A stretch of 64,000 nucleotides of DNA from an uncultured Muribaculaceae bacterium (lineage in GTDB: Bacteria > Bacteroidota > Bacteroidia > Bacteroidales > UBA932), in NCBI GenBank assembly GCA_964385835.1, contig CAYLQE010000004.1, positions 24,080 to 88,079 of the forward strand. Direction: 5' to 3'. The number at the start of each line of letters is the position of its first letter. Positions within the stretch are counted from its first letter, which is position 1. The position numbers and the translations under genes are program-made. The notes beneath the pieces were generated by a model that was not told the DNA's origin, ran no database searches, and worked only from the letters and a program-made list of their open reading frames with translations. Positions 1 through 10,400 of the stretch are shown one piece after another.

Positions 1-2
1 GC

Positions 3-1085
3 ATGTCCGAATATGTGTTCACGCAGGAAATCGACTATGCGAACGGTGACCGCGCCCTGCAGGTGACAGCGACCGATGCCAACGGAAAGATGAAGATCGA
101 GACCCTTCCGGTCAACTATATCCCGGCTCCCGCTCCTGAGTTCATCCCTACAGGCTCCACTTCCGCGGACCCTCTTTTCGTACGCGGCACTGACTCCGGG
201 ACATTCACGTTCAGGATCCTGTCCGATACCGGTCTGTCGGCTGTCCAGGCTTTCAAGGTAAGGAAAGATCCGCAGGGCAACCGCAGCGACGTGCTTATGG
301 ATACAAGGTATTATGAGTCTTCTGCCGATTTTGACGTGAATTACGAATACACCGTCTCTGGCTTCGACAGAGGCAGCTATGCCATAAGGTTCGTTGCTAT
401 CGACCGTCTGAACCACAGCTCTGAATTCGAGATTCCTGCCATTGTCGACCTCAGGATGAAAAACAATATAATCATAGCGTCCCAATATAATGCAAAGTCC
501 CCTCTTGCAGTGCAGGGCTATGAGGACCAGCAGGCATACTGCTTCTTCTCTGTACGGGACTTCAAGACCTACAGCCTGCAGTATTACTGGGACGAGGCGA
601 ACCGCCGCAACATCGATTTCTTCTATTTCGCATGGAACTATGCCAGCTCTTCCGACAACGGCAGCCGTATCATGCGTGCGAACGAGGACCGTTCCGGACA
701 GGATGCGGAGGGTTATCTGAAGCTGGTGGATGCGGAGAATCCTGAAAACAATATTCCGGAGCTCGGCACAGGCACGCAGTGGGGATCGCGCAACGCCACG
801 CTTATCAAAAAGCTCACGTCAGCCTATACTTTCAATTTCGATAACGCCACATACGAGGACCTGGCGGGTCCGAATATTTCTTCGTTCCTGAACCAGGCCA
901 AGACCTCCGCGGACTGGGTGGGGCTCAAGGCCGGAGACTGCCTGGTTTTCAAGACAGGACCCCTTTCGACCTGTCCGGATTGCGTGGGTATCATGAAGGT
1001 GGAGAGCGTTACAGGCTCCAAGACCGATTTCGGCAAGGGTCCTGTCTATCTCGAGATTTCAATTAAAGCCCAGATCGTAGAGTAA
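3..1085 (+). CDS. PUL-associated surface/glycan-binding protein, probably 5'-truncated by the window edge
   Basis: Frame open from the window start, beta-rich Ig-like segments, stop 2 nt before the next PUL gene; function inferred from context. Confidence 0.5.
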   Translation: MSEYVFTQEIDYANGDRALQVTATDANGKMKIETLPVNYIPAPAPEFIPTGSTSADPLFVRGTDSGTFTFRILSDTGLSAVQAFKVRKDPQGNRSDVLMDTRYYESSADFDVNYEYTVSGFDRGSYAIRFVAIDRLNHSSEFEIPAIVDLRMKNNIIIASQYNAKSPLAVQGYEDQQAYCFFSVRDFKTYSLQYYWDEANRRNIDFFYFAWNYASSSDNGSRIMRANEDRSGQDAEGYLKLVDAENPENNIPELGTGTQWGSRNATLIKKLTSAYTFNFDNATYEDLAGPNISSFLNQAKTSADWVGLKAGDCLVFKTGPLSTCPDCVGIMKVESVTGSKTDFGKGPVYLEISIKAQIVE

Positions 1086-1087
1086 GG

Positions 1088-4000
1088 ATGAAAAGAACGG
1101 CTGTTTCATTTTTGATATCATTTCTGTCATTCTTCGCGTTCGCGGGGAGTGACAGTTATGACCTTGTGGTATATGGCGGCAGCTCGTCGGGCGTGATGGC
1201 GGCCTATACCGCGGCGAAAACCGGGCAGAAGGTGGCCCTGCTGGCGGAAGGAGAGCATCTGGGAGGACTTACCTCAAGCGGCATAGGCCATATCGACGTC
1301 GGCTGGGTGCAGACTATCGGAGGATACACACGTGAATTCATGCGCCGCGCAGGCAGGCACTACGGTCTGAACCACATGGCAATCAATGTAGAGTGCAGCG
1401 TTGCCGAGAAGATATTCAATGAAATGCTCGGCGAGACGGATGCCGCGGTTTTCCTGAATACGCGTCTGCGGCAGGAGAACGGCGTGATAAAGGATGGAGA
1501 CAGGATAAGCGCCGTAGTGGCAGAGGACGGACGGGAGTTCAGGGCCGTGAACTTCATAGACGCCAGCTATTGCGGCGATCTCATGGCGCAGGCCGGAGTC
1601 CTGTATGTCGTGGGCAGGGAGCCGCGCGACCTGTATGACGAATCGTCCGCAGGCGTGCAGCGCTACAAGACCCTTGCCGGCATCTCGTCCGCGCAGATGG
1701 ACACCCTGCGCATGCTGCGCCGCCGTTTTCCGCTGGATGTCGTCCCCGGACGCAAGGGAGAGGCCGGGGCCGGAGACGGCAGGACTCAGGCCTATGTGTA
1801 CCGTCTCTGCGTCACCGACGACAAGGACAACATGGTCCCGTTTCCAAAGCCGGACAATTATTGTGCGGACCGTTATTTCCTGAAGCTGAACCGCATAAAG
1901 AAAGCCGGCCATACCCGTTTCAAACAGGTGCTCACCCTGTATGCGCTTCCTAACCGCAAGTACGACCTTAACCATATGGATCTTGTGAATGCCAGCTGGA
2001 ACTATGCCGAGGCCGATTACGGTACGCGCAGGATGACGGACGAATATCATAAGGCGTACCAGATGGGCTATCTGTACTTTCTGGCAAACGACCCTCGCGT
2101 TCCTGCCGCGCTGAGGGAAGACGTGAACAGATACGGCCTGGCCAGGGACGAGTTCGCGGACAACGGAAACTGGCCGTACGAACTGTACATACGCGAGGGC
2201 CGCAGAATGGCCGGCGATTACGTGATGAGGCAGCAGGATGCGTGGGAAACCCCTTTAAAGGATGATGCCGTGGCTGTAGGATCATATTTTCTTGACTGTC
2301 ATACGGTATCTTCAATCCTCACTCCGGAGGGCAAGATCGAGGAAGAGGGCGAGTTCGAATATACTCCGTACCGTCCGTACCAGATTCCTTACCGCAGCAT
2401 CGTTCCGAAGCGCGGGCAGTGCACGAACCTTTTCGTGACATGCTGCATTTCGGCCTCGCATGTGATTTATGCCTCGCTGCGCATGGAGCCGGTGTACATG
2501 ATGCTGGGCCAGGCCGCCGCCACAGCCTCCGCAATAGCGCTCCGTGACGGAGTGCCCGTGCAGGACGTGGATATGGCGCGGCTCCAGAGCGAGCTGAAAC
2601 GTGACGGACAGATTGTAAGTTTCGAGCCTCCGGCCGGCATGTATCTCAAACAGACGGATTTCGACGGCATAGTGCTGGACGATACTGACAGTGAAAGAAA
2701 AGGAGTATGGGAACACTCTACCGCCCAGGGGCCTTTCATGAAATATGATTATACCTTCATACCGTCCAATCCCAACGGAACCGCATCGTCTGTCTATGTG
2801 CCGTTTATAGAGTCAAAGGACAGATACGGGGTATATGTAATGTACTCGGCGGGGCCGAACCGCTGCGCCGCCGTGCCTGTGACAGTCGTGGACAGAAAGG
2901 GACAGCATACCGTGTACATAAACCAGCAGACCGCACCTTCGGACGGCCTGTGGGAGAAAGTGGGAGAGTTCGACTTCGAGCCAGGCAAAGGCCACAGGAT
3001 AACCGTTTCCAACCGCAGCGGCAAGCCTGGCGTCGTTATCGCCGATGCAGTGCGCATCGTAAAGGCGGAGAGTGCGCCGGCAAAGGCAAGATCCTCTTCG
3101 CGGAAATCAGGCATCGTGACATACCCTATGCCTGAGGGCATTCAGCCAAGCCCTCTTTTCAATGTCGAGGCCGGAGGTGAGAATGTAGCCGTGTACGATC
3201 TCAAGGTCTCTCCTGAAGACCGCCGGAGCCGTCTCAAAGGCATGGATGACAAGAAAAACACCCATGAGCATTATGAGATGGCCGCATTCGCATATTTTGA
3301 CACGGACTCGAAGACCACGGTAAAGGTAAGCGCTCCTGACGGCATATCAAGCGCAAAGGTCCTTCCTTCTTCTTACGGTATCAGTCCTGTGATCCGTGAC
3401 GGAGCGGCGCAGTTCGACGTTCTGCCTGGACAGAAGATCACGCTGGAAATAAACGGCGACGAATACCATTCCCTCCATATATTCGTCAACGGGACCGAAA
3501 AAGAAAAGGTGGACAGGAGCGATCCGGACCTGATATATTACGGCCCCGGTGTGCACCGGGTCGGACGCATCGTGGTACGCGGCGGCCAGACCCTCTATAT
3601 AGCCGGCGGCGCGGTGCTGATGTGCGACACATCCGACAAGCCGGAAGGACCGTACGGCCCGAGCATCACGGTGACAGGCAAGGGTGCCAGGATATGCGGC
3701 CGCGGAATCGTGGACGGCTCGCTGTGCCCGAACCTTTCACGCAATCTTCTCTGTATAGAGAAGGCCTCCGATGTCACCGTCGAGGGAATCATCCTGCGCG
3801 ATTGCAGCGTATGGACGCTTCCGGTGCGCCACAGTGAGAACGTGAGGATAGACAATGTGAAGATTCTCGGCTACAGGGCAAATTCTGACGGTATAGACAT
3901 CTGCAACAGCCGCAATGTCACTGTCGGAAACTGTTTTGTCCGCACGCTGGACGACCTTATCGTGGTCAAGACTCTCAGGAACGGAGACGTATGCCGGGAT

Positions 4001-4459
4001 ATCACCGTGCGCGGCAATGTGCTGTGGAACGAAGTCGCGCACGCCCTCAGCGTGGGAGCGGAGATCAACCATGATATCAGCCACATCACGTTCGAGGACT
4101 GCGATATCATCCATGACAAGGGCCGTGAATGGAGCCTCAGGGTATATCACTGCGACGGCGCGACGGTAAGCGACGTGAATTTCAGAGATATCCGCATTGA
4201 GGAGAGCCAGAGCCTCATTTCCCTGTGGATAAACGGCGCCGTCTGGAGTTCCGGCAGCGAGAGGGGACATATAAACGGAGTGAGATTCAAGAATATCGAC
4301 GCCTCAAGGGTGCTGAATCCGGTATTCCGCATACAGGGTTATGATCCGGAGCACATCGTGGAGAACGTCAGTTTCAGCAATATAAAGGTGAACGGCAAGG
4401 CTGCCTCAGGGCAGATGCTGCAAACCAACGGATTTACAGACAATATAGGAAAATTATGA
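1088..4459 (+). CDS. FAD-dependent oxidoreductase + Golvesin/xanthan-lyase-type CBM-like module + beta-helix (GH28-like) domain fusion
   Basis: Signal peptide; DLVVYGGSSSG, FIDASYCGD, YIREGRR, SLRMEP motifs; VIADAVRI module end; C-terminal NSDGIDI and TLDDLIVVK. Confidence 0.8.
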   Translation: MKRTAVSFLISFLSFFAFAGSDSYDLVVYGGSSSGVMAAYTAAKTGQKVALLAEGEHLGGLTSSGIGHIDVGWVQTIGGYTREFMRRAGRHYGLNHMAINVECSVAEKIFNEMLGETDAAVFLNTRLRQENGVIKDGDRISAVVAEDGREFRAVNFIDASYCGDLMAQAGVLYVVGREPRDLYDESSAGVQRYKTLAGISSAQMDTLRMLRRRFPLDVVPGRKGEAGAGDGRTQAYVYRLCVTDDKDNMVPFPKPDNYCADRYFLKLNRIKKAGHTRFKQVLTLYALPNRKYDLNHMDLVNASWNYAEADYGTRRMTDEYHKAYQMGYLYFLANDPRVPAALREDVNRYGLARDEFADNGNWPYELYIREGRRMAGDYVMRQQDAWETPLKDDAVAVGSYFLDCHTVSSILTPEGKIEEEGEFEYTPYRPYQIPYRSIVPKRGQCTNLFVTCCISASHVIYASLRMEPVYMMLGQAAATASAIALRDGVPVQDVDMARLQSELKRDGQIVSFEPPAGMYLKQTDFDGIVLDDTDSERKGVWEHSTAQGPFMKYDYTFIPSNPNGTASSVYVPFIESKDRYGVYVMYSAGPNRCAAVPVTVVDRKGQHTVYINQQTAPSDGLWEKVGEFDFEPGKGHRITVSNRSGKPGVVIADAVRIVKAESAPAKARSSSRKSGIVTYPMPEGIQPSPLFNVEAGGENVAVYDLKVSPEDRRSRLKGMDDKKNTHEHYEMAAFAYFDTDSKTTVKVSAPDGISSAKVLPSSYGISPVIRDGAAQFDVLPGQKITLEINGDEYHSLHIFVNGTEKEKVDRSDPDLIYYGPGVHRVGRIVVRGGQTLYIAGGAVLMCDTSDKPEGPYGPSITVTGKGARICGRGIVDGSLCPNLSRNLLCIEKASDVTVEGIILRDCSVWTLPVRHSENVRIDNVKILGYRANSDGIDICNSRNVTVGNCFVRTLDDLIVVKTLRNGDVCRDITVRGNVLWNEVAHALSVGAEINHDISHITFEDCDIIHDKGREWSLRVYHCDGATVSDVNFRDIRIEESQSLISLWINGAVWSSGSERGHINGVRFKNIDASRVLNPVFRIQGYDPEHIVENVSFSNIKVNGKAASGQMLQTNGFTDNIGKL

Positions 4460-6459
4460 TGAAAAGATTTTGCATGACGCTGGCCGCCGCGGTCCTGACA
4501 GCCGCCGGAATGTCGGCTGGAGAATATACCCTGACTTCGCCGGAAGGCGGGCTTCAGGTCAGGATCAGCAATGACGGCAGGCTCAGCTATATGGTGACAG
4601 CCGGTGCGGACACCCTTGTTTACCCGTCCTGCATCGCAATGGATACGGACCTCGGCATGTGGGGCGCCGGCATGAAGGTGCGCAGGACGCTCCGCGGCAG
4701 TCACAGGGGAACTTTCGATGCGGTGATGTACAGGCGCGCCAAGGAGAGTGACAACTACAATGAGCTTGTACTGGTATCCGACGGCTACAATGTGATATTC
4801 CGCGCCTATGACGAGGGCATCGCATACCGTTTCGCAAGCACCTCCCGGAAACCTGTCACGGTGAACGGCGAGCAGGCCGAATTCAATTTCGGCCGCGATC
4901 TCAATGCCTTCGTGCCTTATGTACGCAAGACAGGAGATTTCAATACCCAGTTCTTCAATACGTTCGAGAACACTTATACGGCAGCTCCACTGAGCCGCTG
5001 GCAGGAAGGACGCCTGGCGTTCCTGCCTGTTATGCTGGAGGCCGCCGGCAGGAAGATATGTATCACGGAGTCCGATCTGGAGCACTATCCGGGCATGTAT
5101 CTGATAAATGACGATGCCGGGACGGTCCTGAAGGCCGTTTTCGCGCCATATCCGAAGACAGAGCGCCAGGGAAGCCACAGCCCCGAGGTTACCGTCGGCG
5201 GCCACAATCTTGTAGTGACAGAACGCGAGCCATATATCGCGAAGTGCGGTGCATGCCAGAGCTTCCCGTGGAGGGTAATGGCCGTGGCCGGCAATGACCT
5301 GCAGCTGCTGGACAACAACCTCGTCTACAAACTTGCGCGTCCGTCAGTAATAGGGGACCCTTCATGGATCAGGCCCGGACTTGTAGCCTGGGAATGGTGG
5401 AACGACCGCAATATCATCGGAGTGGACTTCGAGGCTGGAGTGAATAACGATACCTATAAATATTACATAGACTTCGCCTCACGGAACGGCATTCCGTACG
5501 TCGTCCTTGATGACGGCTGGTACGATGCCATGGCCGGCAGCGCTTTCGCCGTCGTGCCAGAAATCGATCTTCCGGAACTTATAGCCTATGCCCGGGACAG
5601 AAATGTGGGCCTGATGCTGTGGGTAGGCTATTATGTGTTCCACAAGGATATGGAAAAGGTGATCAGCCATTATGCAGCCATGGGCATCAAGGGATTCAAG
5701 CTGGATGCGATAGGACGCGACGACCAGAAACTCAACGAGTTCTATTACAGGGCGGCCGAAATAGCCCTTCAGAACAAGGTGGTCCTGGATTTTCACGGAG
5801 GCGCCAAACCGGCGGGTCTGAACAGGACATATCCGAACGTTCTCAATTTCGAGGGCGTGCATGGTCTGGAGCAGCTAAAGAACCCTGCATACGAGTGCGA
5901 TATGGTGCAGTACGATCTGGAGTTCCCTTTCATCCGTTCTATCGCCGGCCCTGCCGATTATACCCAGGGAGCCATGAGAAACGGGACGAAACGCAGCTAC
6001 CGTTCAATATGGACGGAGCCTATGAGCCAGGGAACGCGCTGCCGTCAGCTGGCGGAATACATCGTTTTCGATTCTCCGCTCAACATGCTGTGCGACAGCC
6101 CTGCAAACTATATGCGCGAACAGGAGTGCACCGATTTCATAACTTCCGTACCTACCGTATGGAGCGAGACCGTCGCGCTGGAAGGCAGATTCGGAGATCA
6201 TATCACCATGGCGCGGATGGATGCGGATGGCAACTGGTATCTCGGCACCCTCGCCTCATGGAAAGGCCGTGACATGAGCCTTCCTCTTTCGTTTCTCGGG
6301 CAGGGCAGTTACAAGGCCGTCATTTTCAGGGACGGGGTGAACGCGCACCGCAACGCCAACGATTACCGCCGCATTGAAACGGAGGTCAGCGCGGATGACA
6401 CCCTTGAAATCCACATGGCTCCCGGTGGAGGGGCCGCAGTAAAGTTCATAAAACAATAG
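4456..6459 (+). CDS. Glycoside hydrolase family 97, retaining-type motifs
   Basis: WIRPG..AWEWW, YIDFAS, LDDGW, GFKLD, FHG, RTYPN..NFEGV, GPADYTQG. Confidence 0.9.
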   Translation: MMKRFCMTLAAAVLTAAGMSAGEYTLTSPEGGLQVRISNDGRLSYMVTAGADTLVYPSCIAMDTDLGMWGAGMKVRRTLRGSHRGTFDAVMYRRAKESDNYNELVLVSDGYNVIFRAYDEGIAYRFASTSRKPVTVNGEQAEFNFGRDLNAFVPYVRKTGDFNTQFFNTFENTYTAAPLSRWQEGRLAFLPVMLEAAGRKICITESDLEHYPGMYLINDDAGTVLKAVFAPYPKTERQGSHSPEVTVGGHNLVVTEREPYIAKCGACQSFPWRVMAVAGNDLQLLDNNLVYKLARPSVIGDPSWIRPGLVAWEWWNDRNIIGVDFEAGVNNDTYKYYIDFASRNGIPYVVLDDGWYDAMAGSAFAVVPEIDLPELIAYARDRNVGLMLWVGYYVFHKDMEKVISHYAAMGIKGFKLDAIGRDDQKLNEFYYRAAEIALQNKVVLDFHGGAKPAGLNRTYPNVLNFEGVHGLEQLKNPAYECDMVQYDLEFPFIRSIAGPADYTQGAMRNGTKRSYRSIWTEPMSQGTRCRQLAEYIVFDSPLNMLCDSPANYMREQECTDFITSVPTVWSETVALEGRFGDHITMARMDADGNWYLGTLASWKGRDMSLPLSFLGQGSYKAVIFRDGVNAHRNANDYRRIETEVSADDTLEIHMAPGGGAAVKFIKQ

Positions 6460-6463
6460 ATAA

Positions 6464-7447
6464 ATGAAAGCATACGGATATATTTTCGCCGCCGTGGCGC
6501 TTGCGGTATCCGCGGCATCAGCGTCGGCCCAGCGGATCATCAACCGTTACAGTCTGGAACTGGTGCAGACAAAGGCAGGCTACAGGCTGAAAGACGAGTC
6601 CAAGATACGCAGCTGCAATCTTTTCGATCCCGACAGCGCTCCACCGGACATGTTTGTCCCTTACGAACGTGGCCGCCTGTATATCAAGGACGATGACTAT
6701 CATCAGGCTGAGACTCATGTCGTAGTGTTCAAGAAATATCCCTCATATGAGCTGAAACTCGCCATAGATCTGCCCAAGGACAGGAAAGACGGCGGCAAGC
6801 TGCCTTTCATTGTGTGGATTCACGGCGGAGGATGGCACATGGGAGACTTCAACGGACACAGCCTCCATTCCCGCTATCTGGCAGGCAACGGAATAGCTGG
6901 GGTGCGCATATCGTACTCATTGCTCACCCAGGGAGCGACATTCGCGGACACATGGGCGGATATTCAGGATGCGCTTGAATATGTGCGCTCTCATGCTGAT
7001 GAATACGGGCTTGATCCGGACCGCTTCGGCTTCGCGGGCCATTCGGCAGGCGGCCACCTTGCCGCCTATGCAGCCATGCGCACGCCGGGCACAAGGCTGC
7101 TGGTCGCTTTCAACGGAATATACGACCTTGTCCATACTGTAGACGGCTTCGTTCCATCGTCACGTCATGACGGTTATTTCAACCTTTCGTCATACGATTC
7201 GCGCAAGGAGGCGTCCCCATGCCGTTTCGTGCATCCCGATGCGCCTTACTGTCTGCTGACATGGTGTTCGGGAGATGTCCTCGTGGACAGGGGACAGGCC
7301 GAAACATTTACGAAAGCCTTGCGGGATAACGGCGTTCCTTATGACCTGCTCTTCAAGGAATATTATTCGCACATGGGATTTATAGATACTGATCTTCTCG
7401 AGCCTACGCTGATGCGCGTGCTCATAGAAGCCAAGAAACGTCTTTGA
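6464..7447 (+). CDS. Alpha/beta hydrolase (carbohydrate esterase-like)
   Basis: Signal peptide, HGGGW oxyanion motif, GHSAGG nucleophile elbow. Confidence 0.85.
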   Translation: MKAYGYIFAAVALAVSAASASAQRIINRYSLELVQTKAGYRLKDESKIRSCNLFDPDSAPPDMFVPYERGRLYIKDDDYHQAETHVVVFKKYPSYELKLAIDLPKDRKDGGKLPFIVWIHGGGWHMGDFNGHSLHSRYLAGNGIAGVRISYSLLTQGATFADTWADIQDALEYVRSHADEYGLDPDRFGFAGHSAGGHLAAYAAMRTPGTRLLVAFNGIYDLVHTVDGFVPSSRHDGYFNLSSYDSRKEASPCRFVHPDAPYCLLTWCSGDVLVDRGQAETFTKALRDNGVPYDLLFKEYYSHMGFIDTDLLEPTLMRVLIEAKKRL

Positions 7448-7451
7448 TATT

Positions 7452-10400
7452 ATGAAAAAGCAACTTACCGCATGGATTGTTATCCTTATGTCATGTGTGG
7501 CGGCTTCCGCCTCGGCATCTTATGACGTGGTGGTCGTGGGCGGCACCCCCGGCGGCATAACCGCAGCGGTCGCGGCGGCACGCGAAGGGAAGAACGTACT
7601 TGTCCTGGAACGCGGCTCCCATCTGGGCGGCCTTCCGGCAAACGGCCTCGGCGCGACCGATATAACCACAAGAGGAGCCACCACCGGCCTTTTCACGGAG
7701 TTCGTGAACCGCAACAAAGAATATTATGTCAGCACATACGGCGCCGGTTCGGAGCAGGTGAAGGTCTGCAGCGACGGCTATCATTTCGAACCATCGGTCG
7801 CGGAGCGGACGCTTCTATCCATGATAGGGGACTACGGCTCCCTTATCACGGTTCTCTACAACCGTCAGTTCGATTCCGATCCGGCGAATGTGATCATGGA
7901 CGGAGACAGGATCCGTTCCGTGCGCATTCTGGACAGGACGGACGGCAGTACGGAGCTTTATGAGGCAGGTATATTCATAGACGCCACCTATGAGGGCGAT
8001 CTGGGCGCTGCGGCGAATGTTCCGTACCGTGTCGGACGCGAGAGCCGCGCGGAATACGGCGAGCCGTGCGCCGGCAAGATATACCGTCATTGGGGCGTGC
8101 AGTTCGGCGGAGGCACAGCCAGCCGCTTCAACGGCTATGACGGTTTCGAGAGCGAGGGCACTACCTATCAGGGTGACAATGCCGTGCAGGCATACAACTA
8201 CCGCCTGTGCCTCACTGCCGACAAGGACAACATGAGGCCGGTCACCAGGCCGGAGAACTACGACAGGGAAGAATACGCTTCTATCGTTGAAGACGTGTGG
8301 ACAGGCCGGCATACCGGCATACAGATGGAGAGCGTGACGCCGGAGCAGATGGAGGCGAACAGGCGCGCTATAAAGGCAGGCGGCAGGACAACGGTTCCGG
8401 GCGATCCGTGGGGCATGGCCAAGGTTACCAATATGGTGGCCCTGCCTAATTCGAAGACGGACGCGAACAACCAGCACATGGCCTTCCTGTCCACTGACCT
8501 TCCGGAGGAAAACTGGGCATGGCCTACGGCTTCATGGGAATGGCGCGACAGATTCGCAAAGCGTCTGCGCGATTATACCCTCGGGCTCCTATGGTTCGTG
8601 CAGAACGACAAGGAACTGCCTGCCAGCTTCCGCAAGGAATGCCGGCGCTGGGGCCTGTCGTCCACGGAATATACCGACAATGACAACTTTCCGCGTCAGG
8701 TATATGTGCGTGAGGGCCGCCGTCTGGAGGGTACGTATTTCTTCACCGCTAACGATGCCATACCCGTAGCGGATGGGCAGCGTCCTCCGGTCCATCAGGA
8801 TGCGGTCACGGCCAGCCATTACGCGCTGGATTCGCATGCCTGTCTCAAACGGGAGGAAGGCAGGGCCCATCTGGACGGCTTCTTCGGATATGAGAGCCGC
8901 CCGTACAATGTGCCTCTTGGCGTTATGGTGCCGAAGACGGTGTCGAACCTGCTGTTTCCTGTGGCGGTGAGCGGAAGCCATATAGGTTTCTCCACGATGC
9001 GTATGGAACCATGCTGGATGGCTCTCGGCGAGGCCGCCGGCGTCGCGGCGGCCCAGGCCATAGAACGTGGCGTGAGCGTGCAGGATATAGATGTCATCGC
9101 GGTCCAGGGCGTGCTTGCGGACAAAGGGGCCACGCTTGTATATTATTCCGACGTGCAGCCCGGCCATCCGGATTTCAAGATGGTGCAGATGATGGGCGTG
9201 AGGGGCTATCTTCCGGAATGGAAAGCCGATATAGACGCGGAACTCTCGGAAGACGATATCCGTGCATGGAGCGGACTGTCAGGCATGCGGCTACCGGAGG
9301 GCATGAAGACCAGACGCGAGGCTCTGTATTATATCTGGTTCAGGCTTTTTGCCGGAGAGGACCTGTGCCGCTATGCCGATCCTCTGGTGGGAACCGCCGA
9401 CAACGGACATACTTTTCCCGGCGCCTGCATGCCTTTCGGCATGGTGCAGCCTGGTCCGGATTCCGGCAATTGCAGATGGGAATATACCGCAGGCTTCAAT
9501 ATCGCGGATTCCACTCTCATCGGCTTCTCGCAGACGCATCTCAACGGTACCGGATGCTCTGATCTCGGCGACATACTCATTCTTCCATACAGCACCGCGG
9601 AACCTCTTCACGACACGCCTTATGTGAAAGAGTCCCTGTATTCGTCCCCCGGGTACTGCTCCGTTTCTTTCAGGAACGGCATCGGCGTGGAGATGACGGC
9701 CACACCTCATGTCTCGCTCTACAGGATGGACTATGCCGGAGGGGACAGAAAACTTTACGTGGATTTCCAGAACGGCAATGTCAACGGCCCCGGCAACCTG
9801 CTTTTCCATGTGCTGGAGGCCTCTGTCGATTATGAGGACGGCGGCACGATCAGCGGAATGCTCCGCACCAGGAACTGGACGGAAAGGATATGGTACTTCG
9901 TAATGGAATTCTCGGAGCCTTACCTGCGCAGGACTATGCTGCCTCTGGACCCGAAAGAGAAAGCGGACAAGGTGCTTCTTGAATTCGCCCCTGGCGCCGG
10001 GCCTCTGGAAGTCAAGATAGCCATGTCAACCGTAAGCGCGGAGGCCGCAAGGGCTTCGATGCGGAGCGAAGCCCCCGCATGGAATTTCGATGCAGCGAGA
10101 AACGCAGCCCATATACGCTGGCACGGACTCCTCTCACGTGTGGAGACAAAAGGGACTGTGGAGCAGAAAAAGAACGTTTACACAGGCCTGTATCATCTAT
10201 ATGTCCAGCCCAATGTCATTTCCGACCCGGACGGTAGCTACCGTGATGCGAAAAAGAACGTGCGCAAGGCCGGTCACGGCGTGTTCTATTCCACTTTCTC
10301 GCTTTGGGACACGTACCGCGCCGCGAATCCGCTCTACACAATCCTGAATCCGGAGATGGTGGATGATTTCGTCCTGAGCATGCTGGAGCAGTATGACGCC

